A stretch of 64,000 nucleotides of DNA, taken from contig NC_087245.1 in the NCBI RefSeq assembly GCF_037042905.1, positions 42,100,001 through 42,164,000 on the forward strand. The letters are read 5' to 3'. The notes below the pieces were generated by a model, which had not been told where the DNA came from, did not search any database, and was given only the letters and a program-made list of their open reading frames with translations. Origin of the DNA: Lytechinus pictus. Lineage: Eukaryota. Numbering within the stretch: the first letter of the stretch is position 1; every line of letters starts with the position of its first letter. Below are positions 37,901 through 50,950 of this stretch, piece after piece. Made by a program: the position numbers and the translations under genes.

Positions 37901-40900
37901 TCTAAGTCATTCCTTGTTGCAAGTTGAAGAACAGTGATTAATAATAATTGATTTGGAGACCCCCCCCCCATACATCTTCAAGCGAAGTTTCTTGCAACAC
38001 CACATTCAGTCTAAGTCATTCCTTGTTGCAAGTTGAAGAACAGTGATTAATAATAATTGATTTGGAGACCCCCCCCCCCATACATCTTCAAGCGAAGTTT
38101 CTTGCAACACCACATTCAGTCTAAGTCATTCCTTGTTGCAAGTTGAAGAACAGTGATTAATAATAATTGATTTGGAGACCCCCCCCCCATACATCTTCAA
38201 GCGAAGTTTCTTGCAACACCACATTCAGTCTAAGTCATTCCTTGTTGCAAGTTGAAGAACAGTGATTAATAATAATTGATTTGGAGACCCCCCCCCCATA
38301 CATCTTCAAGCGAAGTTTCTTGCAACACCACATTCAGTCTAAGTCATTCCTTGTTGCAAGTTGAAGAACAGTGATTAATAATAATTGATTTGGAGACCCC
38401 CCCCCCCATAGATCTTCGAGCGAAGTTTCTTGCAACACCACATTCAGTCTAAGTCATTCCTTGTTGCAAGTTGAAGAACAGTGATTAATAATAATTGATT
38501 TGGAGACCCCCCCCATACATCTTCAAGCGAAGTTTCTTGCAACACCACATTCAGTCTAAGTCATTCCTTGTTGCAAGTTGAAGAACAGTGATTAATAATA
38601 ATTGATTTGGAGACCCCCCCCCCCCATACATCTTCAAGCGAAGTTTCTTGCAACACCACATTCAGTCTAAGTCATTCCTTGTTGCAAGTTGAAGAACAGT
38701 GATTAATAATAATTGATTTGGAGACCCCCCCCCCATACATCTTCAAGCGAAGTTTCTTGCAACACCACATTCAGTCTAAGTCATTCCTTGTTGCAAGTTG
38801 AAGAACAGTGATTAATAATAATTGATTTGGAGACCCCCCCCCATACATCTTCAAGCGAAGTTTCTTGCAACACCACATTCAGTCTAAGTCATTCCTTGTT
38901 GCAAGTTGAAGAACAGTGATTAATAATAATTGATTTGGAGACCCCCCCCCCATACATCTTCAAGCGAAGTTTCTTGCAACACCACATTCAGTCTAAGTCA
39001 TTCCTTGTTGCAAGTTGAAGAACAGTGATTAATAATAATTGATTTGGAGACCCCCCCCCCCATACATCTTCAAGCGAAGTTTCTTGCAACACCACATTCA
39101 GTCTAAGTCATTCCTTGTTGCAAGTTGAAGAACAGTGATTAATAATAATTGATTTGGATACCCCCCCCCCATACATCTTCAAGCGAAGTTTCTTGCAACA
39201 CCACATTCAGTCTAAGTCATTCCTTGTTGCAAGTTGAAGAACAGTGATTAATAATAATTGATTTGGAGACCCCCCCCCCATACATCTTCAAGCGAAGTTT
39301 CTTGCAACACCACATTCAGTCTAAGTCATTCCTTGTTGCAAGTTGAAGAACAGTGATTAATAATAATTGATTTGGAGACCCCCCCCCATACATCTTCAAG
39401 CGAAGTTTCTTGCAACACCACATTCAGTCTAAGTCATTCCTTGTTGCAAGTTGAAGAACAGTGATTAATAATAATTGATTTGGAGACCCCCCCCCCCATA
39501 CATCTTCAAGCGAAGTTTCTTGCAACACCACATTCAGTCTAAGTCATTCCTTGTTGCAAGTTGAAGAACAGTGATTAATAATAATTGATTTGGAGACCCC
39601 CCCCCCATACATCTTCAAGCGAAGTTTCTTGCAACACCACATTCAGTCTAAGTCATTCCTTGTTGCAAGTTAAAGGACAGTGATTAATAATAATTGATTT
39701 GGAGACCCCCCCCCCCATACATCTTCAAGCGAAGTTTCTTGCAACACCACATTCAGTCTAAGTCATTCCTTGTTGCAAGTTGAAGAACAGTGATTAATAA
39801 TAATTGATTTGGAGACCCCCCCCCCATACATCTTCAAGCGAAGTTTCTTGCAACACCACATTCAGTCTAAGTCATTCCTTGTTGCAAGTTGAAGAACAGT
39901 GATTAATAATAATTGATTTGGAGACCCCCCCCCCCCATACATCTTCAAGCGAAGTTTCTTGCAACACCACATTCAGTCTAAGTCATTCCTTGTTGCAAGT
40001 TAAAGGACAGTGATTAATAATAATTGATTTGGAGACCCCCCCCCCCCATACATCTTCAAGCGAAGTTTCTTGCAACACCACATTCAGTCTAAGTCATTCC
40101 TTGTTGCAAGTTAAAGGACAGTGATTAATAATAATTGATTTGGAGACCCCCCCCCCCCATACATCTTCAAGCGAAGTTTCTTGCAACACCACATTCAGTC
40201 TAAGTCATTCCTTGTTGCAAGTTAAAGGACAGTGATTAATAATAATTGCTTTGGAGACCCCCCCCCATACATCTTCAAGCGAAGTTTCTTGCAACACCAC
40301 ATTCAGTCTAAGTCATTCCTTGTTGCAAGTTGAAGAACAGTGATTAATAATAATTGATTTGGAGACCCCCCCCCCCATACATCTTCAAGCGAAGTTTCTT
40401 GCAACACCACATTCAGTCTAAGTCATTCCTTGTTGCAAGTTAAAGGACAGTGATTAATAATAATTGATTTGGAGACCCCCCCCCCCATACATCTTCAAGC
40501 GAAGTTTCTTGCAACACCACATTCAGTCTAAGTCATTCCTTGTTGCAAGTTAAAGGACAGTGATTAATAATAATTGATTTGGAGACCCCCCCCATACATC
40601 TTCAAGCGAAGTTTCTTGCAACACCACATTCAGTCTAAGTCATTCCTTGTTGCAAGTTGAAGAACAGTGATTAATAATAATTGATTTGGAGACCCCCCCC
40701 CCCATACATCTTCAAGCGAAGTTTCTTGCAACACCACATTCAGTCTAAGTCATTCCTTGTTGCAAGTTAAAGGACAGTGATTAATAATAATTGATTTGGA
40801 GACCCCCCCCCCATACATCTTCAAGCGAAGTTTCTTGCAACACCACATTCAGTCTAAGTCATTCCTTGTTGCAAGTTGAAGAACAGTGATTAATCATCAT

Positions 40901-43130
40901 TGATTTGGAGACCCCCCCCCCCCATACATCTTCAAGCGAAGTTTCTTGCAACACCACATTCAGTCTAAGTCATTCCTTGTTGCAAGTTGAAGAACAGTGA
41001 TTAATCATCATTGATTTGGAGACCCCCCCCCCCCATACATCTTCAAGCGAAGTTTCTTGCAACACCACATTCAGTCTAAGTCATTCCTTGTTGCAAGTTG
41101 AAGAACAGTGATTAATAATAATTGATTTGGAGACCCCCCCCCCCATACATCTTCAAGCGAAGTTTCTTGCAACACCACATTCAGTCTAAGTCATTCCTTG
41201 TTGCAAGTTGAAGAACAGTGATTAATAATAATTGATTTGGAGACCCCCCCCCCCATACATCTTCAAGCGAAGTTTCTTGCAACACCACATTCAGTCTAAG
41301 TCATTCCTTGTTGCAAGTTAAAGAACAGTGATTAATAATAATTGATTTGGAGACCCCCCCCCCATACATCTTCAAGCGAAGTTTCTTGCAACACCACATT
41401 CAGTCTAAGTCATTCCTTGTTGCAAGTTAAAGGACAGTGATTAATAATAATTGATTTGGAGACCCCCCCCCCCATACATCTTCAAGCGAAGTTTCTTGCA
41501 ACACCACATTCAGTCTAAGTCATTCCTTGTTGCAAGTTAAAGGACAGTGATTAATAATAATTGATTTGGAGACCCCCCCCATACATCTTCAAGCGAAGTT
41601 TCTTGCAACACCACATTCAGTCTAAGTCATTCCTTGTTGCAAGTTGAAGAACAGTGATTAATCATCATTGATTTGGAGACCCCCCCCCCCATACATCTTC
41701 AAGCGAAGTTTCTTGCAACACCACATTCAGTCTAAGTCATTCCTTGTTGCAAGTTGAAGAACAGTGATTAATCATCATTGATTTGGAGACCCCCCCCCCC
41801 ATACATCTTCAAGCGAAGTTTCTTGCAACACCACATTCAGTCTAAGTCATTCCTTGTTGCAAGTTGAAGAACAGTGATTAATAATAATTGATTTGGAGAC
41901 CCCCCCCCCATACATCTTCAAGCGAAGTTTCTTGCAACACCACATTCAGTCTAAGTCATTCCTTGTTGCAAGTTGAAGAACAGTGATTAATCATCATTGA
42001 TTTGGAGACCCCCCCCCCCATACATCTTCAAGCGAAGTTTCTTGCAACACCACATTCAGTCTAAGTCATTCCTTGTTGCAAGTTGAAGAACAGTGATTAA
42101 TAATAATTGATTTGGAGACCCCCCCCCCATACATCTTCAAGCGAAGTTTCTTGCAACACCACATTCAGTCTAAGTCATTCCTTGTTGCAAGTTAAAGGAC
42201 AGTGATTAATAATAATTGATTTGGAGACCCCCCCCATACATCTTCAAGCGAAGTTTCTTGCAACACCACATTCAGTCTAAGTCATTCCTTGTTGCAAGTT
42301 AAAGGACAGTGATTAATAATAATTGATTTGGAGACCCCCCCCCCCATACATCTTCAAGCGAAGTTTCTTGCAACACCACATTCAGTCTAAGTCATTCCTT
42401 GTTGCAAGTTAAAGGACAGTGATTAATAATAATTGATTTGGAGACCCCTCCCCCATACATCTTCAAGCGAAGTTTCTTGCAACACCACATTCAGTCTAAG
42501 TCATTCCTTGTTGCAAGTTGAAGAACAGTGATTAATAATAATTGATTTGGAGACCCCCCCCCCCATACATCTTCAAGCGAAGTTTCTTGCAACACCACAT
42601 TCAGTCTAAGTCATTCCTTGTTGCAAGTTAAAGGACAGTGATTAATAATAATTGATTTGGAGACCCCCCCCCCATACATCTTCAAGCGAAGTTTCTTGCA
42701 ACACCACATTCAGTCTAAGTCATTCCTTGTTGCAAGTTGAAGAACAGTGATTAATAATAATTGATTTGGAGACCCCCCCCCCCATACATCTTCAAGCGAA
42801 GTTTCTTGCAACACCACATTCAGTCTAAGTCATTCCTTGTTGCAAGTTAAAGGACAGTGATTAATAATAATTGATTTGGAGACCCCCCCCCATACATCTT
42901 CAAGCGAAGTTTCTTGCAACACCACATTCAGTCTAAGTCATTCCTTGTTGCAAGTTGAAGAACAGTGATTAATAATAATTGATTTGGAGACCCCCCCCCA
43001 TACATCTTCAAGCGAAGTTTCTTGCAACACCACATTCAGTCTAAGTCATTCCTTGTTGCAAGTTAAAGGACAGTGATTAATCATCATTGATTTGGAGACC
43101 CCCCCCCCCCCATAGATCTTCAAGCGAAGT
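34940..43130. repeat. ~119-121 bp satellite array (~55 units) in HMGCL intron 3, interrupted at 36128-37777
   Basis: Near-identical unit cttgttgcaagttgaagaacagtgattaataataattgatttggaga(C)n atacatcttcaagcgaagtttcttgcaacaccacattcagtctaagtcatt. Confidence 0.98.
36128..37777. mobile_element. Non-autonomous TIR transposon with 6-bp TSD (hAT-like)
   Basis: 14-bp TIRs CATACCTGCCAACC / GGTTGGCAGGTATG; TSD CAACAC at 36122-36127 and 37778-37783; no transposase ORF. Confidence 0.9.
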
Positions 43131-43726
43131 TTTTTTTTTTCGGGGGCTCCATTTTAAAGTTTTTGTCAAATTTCGGGGGCTCCATTTCTACCTTTCGGGG
43201 GCTACTTTTTGCATTTTGGGGGCTCTTTTTGAATGCTACCTTTTTGTATTTTGAGGAATACCTGTTCACTTATTAATGAATTATTACTTGTTGTTCAATA
43301 TTGTATGATTTTATAAGTTATTTTTTTTCATGCTTAGAATCTTGGGTGTGTGTGTGTATGCGTGTGTGTGTGTGTGTGTGGGTGTGACTGTGAGTTGGAC
43401 TTGGATATAAATGAATTTAATATCTAATTTCTACTCCGTCTATTCCATTATAATACCCTGTACTCGGCCATGTGCATGTAATAAAGGCCCACATACCCTA
43501 ACTTTTCCTGAAGTTCTTTGAAAATGCAGATCTCCATAAAAATTGCATTTCTCTATGGGGAGTCTAAATTTGGTGAGAATGTATTCATTAAGAACTTAAG
43601 GCATGAATGGGTACCAGTAGATTTCTTGACTGCACTTTATTAGGTACCATGAATTATTCCATCGTACAGCATGTACATGTACATTGTAAAGCACTGGACT
43701 TCACTTCAACATTGTAGGATGCATTA

Positions 43727-46120
43727 TAGTCCAGGATAGGCCCCATAGAAACTTGACCAAACCTTGTTTTTTTATATATACAATATTTTTTGATGGTTTC
43801 TTGTCAATTCGAGGGTGCTGATTACGAATCTGGATGATGCCACTCGTGTAACCTTGAGCATTTTCCGCAAATTGGCAAAATCCAATATGGCCGCCAAAAT
43901 ATGCAAATTACCCATGAAAATCATAAAATTGTCCGCACATTGGCTATAAAATGCATGAAATCGTGTGGCGGGAGTGAAATACTCTTGTCAAAATATTTAT
44001 TTTCCTGATATTCAAAATGGCCGCCATAGGCCATTGTATACTCTATTATGTACAATATGAATAGAGAAAACTAATTTTTCACAAAAATTAGCACTAAACC
44101 GCAAAAAATTGCGATGTTTGAACAAAGTAATATATGCAAATCATCATTACTAACGAGATATATCATTTATTATGTCATATATGGGGACATTGCTGTATTT
44201 TGATATCTAAAAGCCGCCACTGGCCCAAAGAGTATTATGTACAATGGCAATGGCCGGGGCCAAAATATGACAAGAGTGAGCACTAAAATGCATATTATTA
44301 AGATAAACGAGTGGAATACTGACTAAAAACATCATTGCCATCATTGCCATTAATATACCATTTACGTGATAAATGCTGTATTTTGACATTCAAAATGGCC
44401 GCCATAGGCACTATATTTATCATGTACAATGCGAATGGAGAAACTAATTTTCACAAGAGTGAGAATCATAAAATGCATATAACTGTGATATAAGAGTAAA
44501 AATATTGTCTTAAACATGATTTCTAAGTGAATACATCACATATTGGTCGTCGTGGTAATAAATGCTGTACTTTGAAATCCAAAATGGCTGCCATAGGTCC
44601 TAAAAGTATTGTGTACATTGTAACATGGGACAGATAATTTTGACAGAATTTGGCTATGCTTGACTCTAAATATTGCATATAATTGTGAATTGTGAATTGT
44701 GAAAGGGTGAAATATTGTCTAAAACCATGATTTCTACCGAGATATATCATATCATGTGTAATTAAGTTGATAAATGCTGCATTTTTTAATTGAAAATGGC
44801 CACCATAAGCCCTTATCGTATAATATACAATTTGAGTGGAGACAAATAATGTTCACAAAAAGGGCATATGGCAGCCATTTTGAATGTTGAAATACAGTAT
44901 TTATCACCTAAATTACATAGGATATGATATATTTTGTTATAAATCATGTTTTCAGACAATATTACACTCGTACATCACCATTTGGCCAAGCAAAGCCAAA
45001 TTCTGTTGAAATAATTTGTTCCCATTCACACTGTGCATAATACCATAAGGGCCTGTAGCGGCCATTTTGACTTTCCAATAACAGTATTTATCACCTAACT
45101 GGCAGAATAAATGATATATCTTAATAGAAATTATGCTTTCAGACAATATTTTACTCCTAGATCACTATTACGTGCATTTATGGTACTCACGCCTGTGAAT
45201 ATTGGTTTCCCACTTTGCATTGTACATGATACTGTTAATGTCTGTGGCGGCCATTTTGAAAGTCAAAATACAGTATTTAACACAAACTTGAAACCTGAAT
45301 GATATATTTCGTTAGAAAATATGTTTTTAGACAGTATCCCATTAATGTATAACATATATATGCATTTTAGTGCTCTCTCTTGTGATTTCTTTGCTCCTCT
45401 TTATCATTGTGCATAATATTTTTAGGGCCTTTGGCAGCCATTTTGAATATCAAAATAAAACATTCATCACATACATGGCATATTAATAATATATTTCGTT
45501 AACAATTATGTTTTTTAGTCAGTATTCCATTCGTTTAATCTTAATAATATGCATTTTAGTGATCACTCTTGTGAAATGTATTGGCCCCCATTGCCATTGT
45601 ACGCAATAATATTTGGGCCAGTGGCGGCTATTTTAGATATCAAAATACAGAAATGTTCCCATATATGACATAATAAATGATATATCTCGTTAGTAATGAT
45701 GACTTGCATATATTACTTCGTTTATACATTGCGATCGTTTGCACTTTAGTGCTCATTTTTGTGAAAATTAGTTTTCCCTATTCATATTGTACATAATAGA
45801 GTATACAAAGGCCTTTGGCGGCCATTTTTAATATCTGGAAAATAAATATTTTGTCAAAAATTATTTTTTCTGAGAGTATTTTACTCCTGCCACACAATTT
45901 CATGCATTTCATAGCCAATGTGTGGACAATTTTATGATTTTCATGGGTAATTTGCATATTTTGGCGGCCATATTGGATTTTGCCAATTTGCGGAAAATGC
46001 TCAAGGTTACACGGGTGGCATCATCCAGATTCGTAATCAGCACCCTCGAATTGACAAGAAACCATCAAAAAATATTGTATATATAAAAAAACAAGGTTAT
46101 GCCTCTTCTATCCTGGACTA
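43727..46120. mobile_element. 2.4-kb foldback non-autonomous DNA transposon (Academ-like termini)
   Basis: TAGTCCAGGATAG...CTATCCTGGACTA termini, 3-bp TSD TTA, ~1.1-kb imperfect inverted arms built from aaaatggccgccat modules. Confidence 0.85.
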
Positions 46121-46249
46121 TTAAAGCCGTTTTCAAAGCTTCCATGATATGTTGTATAGAAAACATTTTTAATGTTTTATCTACGTATCCACATCCACCG
46201 CAAAATGGCCTTAATACCACATTTTCATCAATCATGTCAGTGTAGAATT

Positions 46250-46421
46250 CAGGGGCCGCGGAACCGGGGGGGCTGGAGGGGCTTCAGCCCCCCCACTTTT
46301 TTCCAAAACCGTGTACAAAAATGTAAAAATGACCATATGATTGTGATTTTTAGCATGGTCAGCCCCCCCCCCCCACTTTTGGCTCAGCCCCCCCACTTTG
46401 AAAACCGTTCCGCGGCCCCTG
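46250..46421. mobile_element. Small hAT-like MITE with 5-bp TSD
   Basis: CAGGGGCCGCGGAAC / GTTCCGCGGCCCCTG TIRs; GAATT on both flanks. Confidence 0.85.
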
Positions 46422-46483
46422 GAATTTTAGTATCACATATTGACAGATCAATGCACACTGCACTGATGCCATGTGTCCCATAC

Positions 46484-46638
46484 TTGCTAAAGGTTTCTGA
46501 CGCTGCACCAAAGATGGCTACCTCCTCAGCTCCAGCCTCAAGCGCCGACTTGAACCCCTGGAGGTTAGGGGTCAAAACAGGGTAGTCAACCCCTCCTCTC
46601 CTGCTGATACCCTTCATGACATCAGTATGGTCCCCCAT
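46484..46638 (-). CDS. HMGCL: HMG-CoA lyase, exon 3
   Basis: 155 bp; [52 protein letters not shown]; cag/gtatgg. Confidence 0.95.
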
Positions 46639-46743
46639 CTGATAAAGTGAAAGTTGCAATAAATGGACATGGAAATTAATCTGTGTGGGCTTGCGTTGCA
46701 AGTATTGAGATGATCCATGATGTTTATTGGTTAGCGAATATAA

Positions 46744-47311
46744 AGGACAAGTCCATCCCAACAAAAAGTTGATTTGAATAAAAAGATAAAAATCCAACAA
46801 GCACAACGCTGAAAATTTCATCAAAATCAGATGTATAATTAGAGAGAGTTATGACATTTTCAAGTTTCGCTTAATTTCACAAAAGTGACAAATCAGTTAT
46901 ATATTCACATCCTGGTCGGAATGCAAATGAGGGGACTGATAAAATCACTCACTCACCATTTCTTTTGTATTTTATCATATTAAATATTCAAATTTTCTCT
47001 GTTGTCCTGTGAAAAAAAGTTAAATTCCCCCCTGAACATGTGCGACTACCATTGCTTTAACATTTTATGGTTCAGTCAAGTTGGTCCTTTTTGTCAAATC
47101 TGTAAAAATTGATATACTCTATATTGTATAATTCAAATAATAAAAAACAAGATAGTGAGTGAGTGGCATCATCGACTCTCATTTGCATGTCACTGAGTTG
47201 TTTATATAATTATTTTGTAAAAAATAAGCAAAAAACTAAATTTTCAGCATTAAGCTTGTTTGATTTTCTCTATTGACTAAAATCCTAATTTTTCTGGGGT
47301 AGACATGACCT
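46744..47311. mobile_element. MITE, family of 8235
   Basis: aggacaagtccatcccaacaaaaagttg start, degenerate right TIR. Confidence 0.8.
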
Positions 47312-47394
47312 TTCACAAATTAAGAATACAATTTAAAACAAAAGGTCAAACAAACAAATTGACCGATGTGTGACAAATAAAATAATAATCCATC

Positions 47395-47782
47395 AAAGAT
47401 TAAGAAAGTTATAAATTTAAATTTTAAGTTTTTGATTTGTGACATCATAAACGACCATGAATTTCAATTTTCTAATGGTTCATGAGGACTAAATTATTTT
47501 TTGTCAGGAGCGGATCAGGGCAGCGGATGTGAAATGATTCATCTATTGATATACTGAAGGTACAATAAAAGAATTACAATTTTTTGAGAAAATGTCATTT
47601 CATTGTTTTTTTTTTAATTCATGATACATGAAAAGATGCTCGCATATGACGTCACAAATAAAAATATTGAACTTCTAATAACCTTTTTTTTAAATATTTC
47701 ATGAATTTTCCTCAAACCTTCACCAATATTTTATTTGTTTAATTTTTTTACATTAAACTTTTTGTTTGAGTGAACTTTCCCT
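47395..47782. mobile_element. Partial MITE, family of 18546
   Basis: Shared internal sequence and right end gtgaactttccctttaa. Confidence 0.7.
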
Positions 47783-48158
47783 TTAAATGCCAAAAATAAA
47801 TGAATAAATAATTTGACAAAAGTAAATTTGCATGTTTTCAAATGCAAAAAGAGAAATAATGACAAGTATCTGAATTTTCATTGATACCATTTTCTTTATT
47901 CATTCAATTAATATGTGTGGCTACATGTATTTATTGTATAATTATTTTACCTTGAAACAAAAATGTATCTATTGAAACTGACTACTACTACCCCTAAAAG
48001 AAACAAAAATGAGAATTTTTGAAATATTTTTCTTTGTTTCTTTATTCTCTTGATTCCAAATACAAAACCAAAATATACATGCATTCGATGGTGCCCTTTT
48101 CTATCTAAAGATATATTCTTGATGGGCAGATGACAGCGTCCCATTAACTGATACTCAC

Positions 48159-48266
48159 TTGAGGAATCCATTTTGGTGACACAAAGCTGGTAGCTTCAAT
48201 CACCTTAAGACCAGTGTCAGAGAGACGATTTATCAACTCAATCTTGGTTTCAGTTGGAACCATTGC
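48159..48266 (-). CDS. HMGCL: HMG-CoA lyase, exon 2
   Basis: 108 bp; [36 protein letters not shown]; cag/gtgagt. Confidence 0.96.
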
Positions 48267-48679
48267 CTGTATGAAAACACAAATGTTGTATGAGGTTCCA
48301 TGTTCTACATGTTATTTCCATTGTGAATGCATGTACATGAACACAAAGAATATAAAACATGCAGGTCAACATCAAACTCTCACATCATCTTATTATGCCC
48401 AATCATACTATTACATCACTGAAAATGGTGTTCTCTAAAATTTATTTTGACTTGTAGTCTTACACCCATTTTACACTATTACATGACAATTTCTTAATCT
48501 GATCTTTTCATGTGTGAAAAGGCCCTTTTTCGCTGCAGAACTAGCAAAACATCTAAATGGTGGTGAAGATCATATACTCAATTGCTTGTATCAAGCAACA
48601 AGTGGACTGTAGGCATATAAAGGCATGTGCGAGGTTAGTATACTAATTATTATATCCCTTACTTAAGATTGTTGTATTG

Positions 48680-49265
48680 AGAGTGTACACAAGGAGGAAA
48701 AGAATAGTTTTACTACGAAAGACGTTTGCCATGAAATAGTTCATTTTCCTTGCTGACGTCACGCATAGTCCATTTTTTCCCTAGGGAAAAACTGAACTAT
48801 ACGTTTTTACCCCGCCCCCTACTCGATTCGCGAGCTGTGCGGCGCGATGCGAGCAGAGCGCTGCTCAGCCCAACGGTACTCTCCACTGCATGCCACGGGA
48901 AACTTTCGGCGAGCTGCACTAACCAGGTGCGCTCGCTGAACAGACGATCAATACGGCAATTAAGGCTTATTATTTTCTCAACTTCTCAACGATTGTTCCA
49001 TCATCGACTTATCAAAAATCGTTTTGCTGTAAAAGTCGGGTATCAACGAAGAATATCGTATGAAGAATATATATGAGTGGAAGGGATATAAAACAAATAT
49101 ACAATGACCCATTCTCGGAACTGGCTAAAACTATTTGCACTCAGGAACATCACATTGTACTATTCTCCCTCGGGCCGATGGCCCTCGGGAGAATAGTACT
49201 ATATGATGTTCCTTCGATGCGAATAGTTTTAGCCAGATCCTCGAGTGTCATTGTATATTTGTATA
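48680..49265. mobile_element. Non-autonomous element with a long terminal hairpin (Crypton-like architecture)
   Basis: ~170-bp imperfect palindrome 49093-49260 centred on ctcgggccgatggccctcg; CpG-rich body; left boundary approximate. Confidence 0.5.
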
Positions 49266-49938
49266 CAGTACTATGCCAGACTAGTAATAAGGAAAAATGC
49301 CTCATCAAAACTAGCACACAGACTGGTTATCAAACCCAAGTTTCCAGAACTTTTTTCTTGAATGTAATTTCTCTCATTTCTTTCTCTTTTTTCTCTCTTA
49401 ATTAAGTTCTTCTTAACTCTTTTCCCCCTTTTTTTTTTTTGGGGGGGGAGATCTTTCTTTCCTTCTTTTTTGTGTCCTTTTTTTTTGCCATTTCACCATT
49501 TGCGTTTGTCTACTTTTTCTTTCTGAATTCTCCCCCCCCCCCCGCCCCGCTCTTTTCGACCAACCTTGTCTTTAGTCTTTTAGACTGCATAATTTTTTTA
49601 AAGAAAATTAACTTTTTTAGCGTTGTTAGTATGTTACTTGTTAATGAATAATGTTATTTTGGCTTGTAGTTGTTCCCCCTCTTCTTTTACCGAATTTTAT
49701 CTTAATTATTTATATTTTCATTCTTTTCCTCTTTATTCTTTTATCATCTAATTTATTTTAGTCAGCACTGACATTGTCGCAATTCACTCACCCTGCGAAC
49801 AGCGTTCGTCACTTCGTATTTTGAAATGAATGACATTGACTGGCATAGTCCATAGACGATACGCTATTTGCAGCATAGATATAAATATGTGGGACAACAG
49901 TCTAACTCTAACTACAATTTGTACAAATCGTTGCTTAC

Positions 49939-50097
49939 CTTTTCATTTTGTAACCCATCACGGGGTCCAACTTCAACAATTTTAACATATCTTGGTATCT
50001 GTGCATCTTTTCCAGCAAGTGATGCAACTCCTCTCCTTGTAACCATTTGGGAAACAACCTGAGCACAGGCCCAAAAACGGCTCAACCCGGCTGCCAT
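49939..50097 (-). CDS. HMGCL: Hydroxymethylglutaryl-CoA lyase, coding exon 1
   Basis: MAAGLSRFWACAQVVSQMVTRRGVASLAGKDAQIPRYVKIVEVGPRDGLQNEK; DRE-TIM RDGLQNE motif; gtaagc donor. Confidence 0.96.
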
Positions 50098-50250
50098 GTC
50101 TCAGTTTGGCTCTAGCGTATAGCGCTAGCAAGTTAAGCCAAGCCGGCCATGCGCCAGAGTCGAGTCGACTAGCCCTGCATATATATATCGCCGGCGCGCC
50201 CTGGCGCTGACCCTAGAGCCGGTGCGGAGACGCTGGATGCAGATACCCCA
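50098..50250 (-). promoter_or_regulatory. HMGCL 5'UTR / core promoter
   Basis: CpG-rich patch with TATATATA (~50179-50188) preceded on the minus strand by GGCGCGCC (BRE-like), ~80 bp upstream of ATG. Confidence 0.55.
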
Positions 50251-50950
50251 ACCCCCCCCCCCCCCCCCCCAAGAAAAGACAGAAAGAAAGAAATAAACAG
50301 TCAAACAAAGAGGCAGAAAATAAGAAGGGAAAACTGACAAGGAAATAGTTGGTCGGTGATACAAACCTCTATATCTTGAACTACCAAAGAAAAAAAAATG
50401 CATTCATTATTTTTAAAACTCATTCGCTACACTGTAAAAACTACGGTGTTGATTCGATCACGTCCACACGATCGAGTCACAAAACATGCAAGGGACGTAT
50501 CCCTGCCCCCCCCCCCCCCCTGACGAGTCAAAACTGATCCCTGACGAGCCACAAGTGGCCCCCTCTTTAGAACTTTTTTTTTTTTGGGGGGGGCTTGTCA
50601 ATTTTTTTTCTGATGGTACGAAATCCTTTATTTGTCGTTGAAGACCTTTTTTTTTGTTGAACATTTAGATATTTACTATACTTGAAAGTTGGAATATTAC
50701 AAATAGGACAAACAAGGAAAAGTATAGGAACATCCTTCTTTCTAGAATAGTCACTTTATGAACAGGCGTTGCCTATCTATCACCTAACTTATATACATTT
50801 TCCCCGAATTGTTTATTATCATTTTGTTCTGTAATTGTTTTCCAAAAACATCCTTCATCTCATTAGGCCTACGATTGAACTCAGCGGGTGAGGAAAAAAA
50901 TATGAAATAATATAAAGCGTTATATTTAGAGGTGCTTTGGCTCAGTGGAT

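Noticed and set aside
34940..43130. CRISPR-like array
   Set aside because: Whole units repeat with no unique spacers, there are no cas genes, and the context is a eukaryotic intron.
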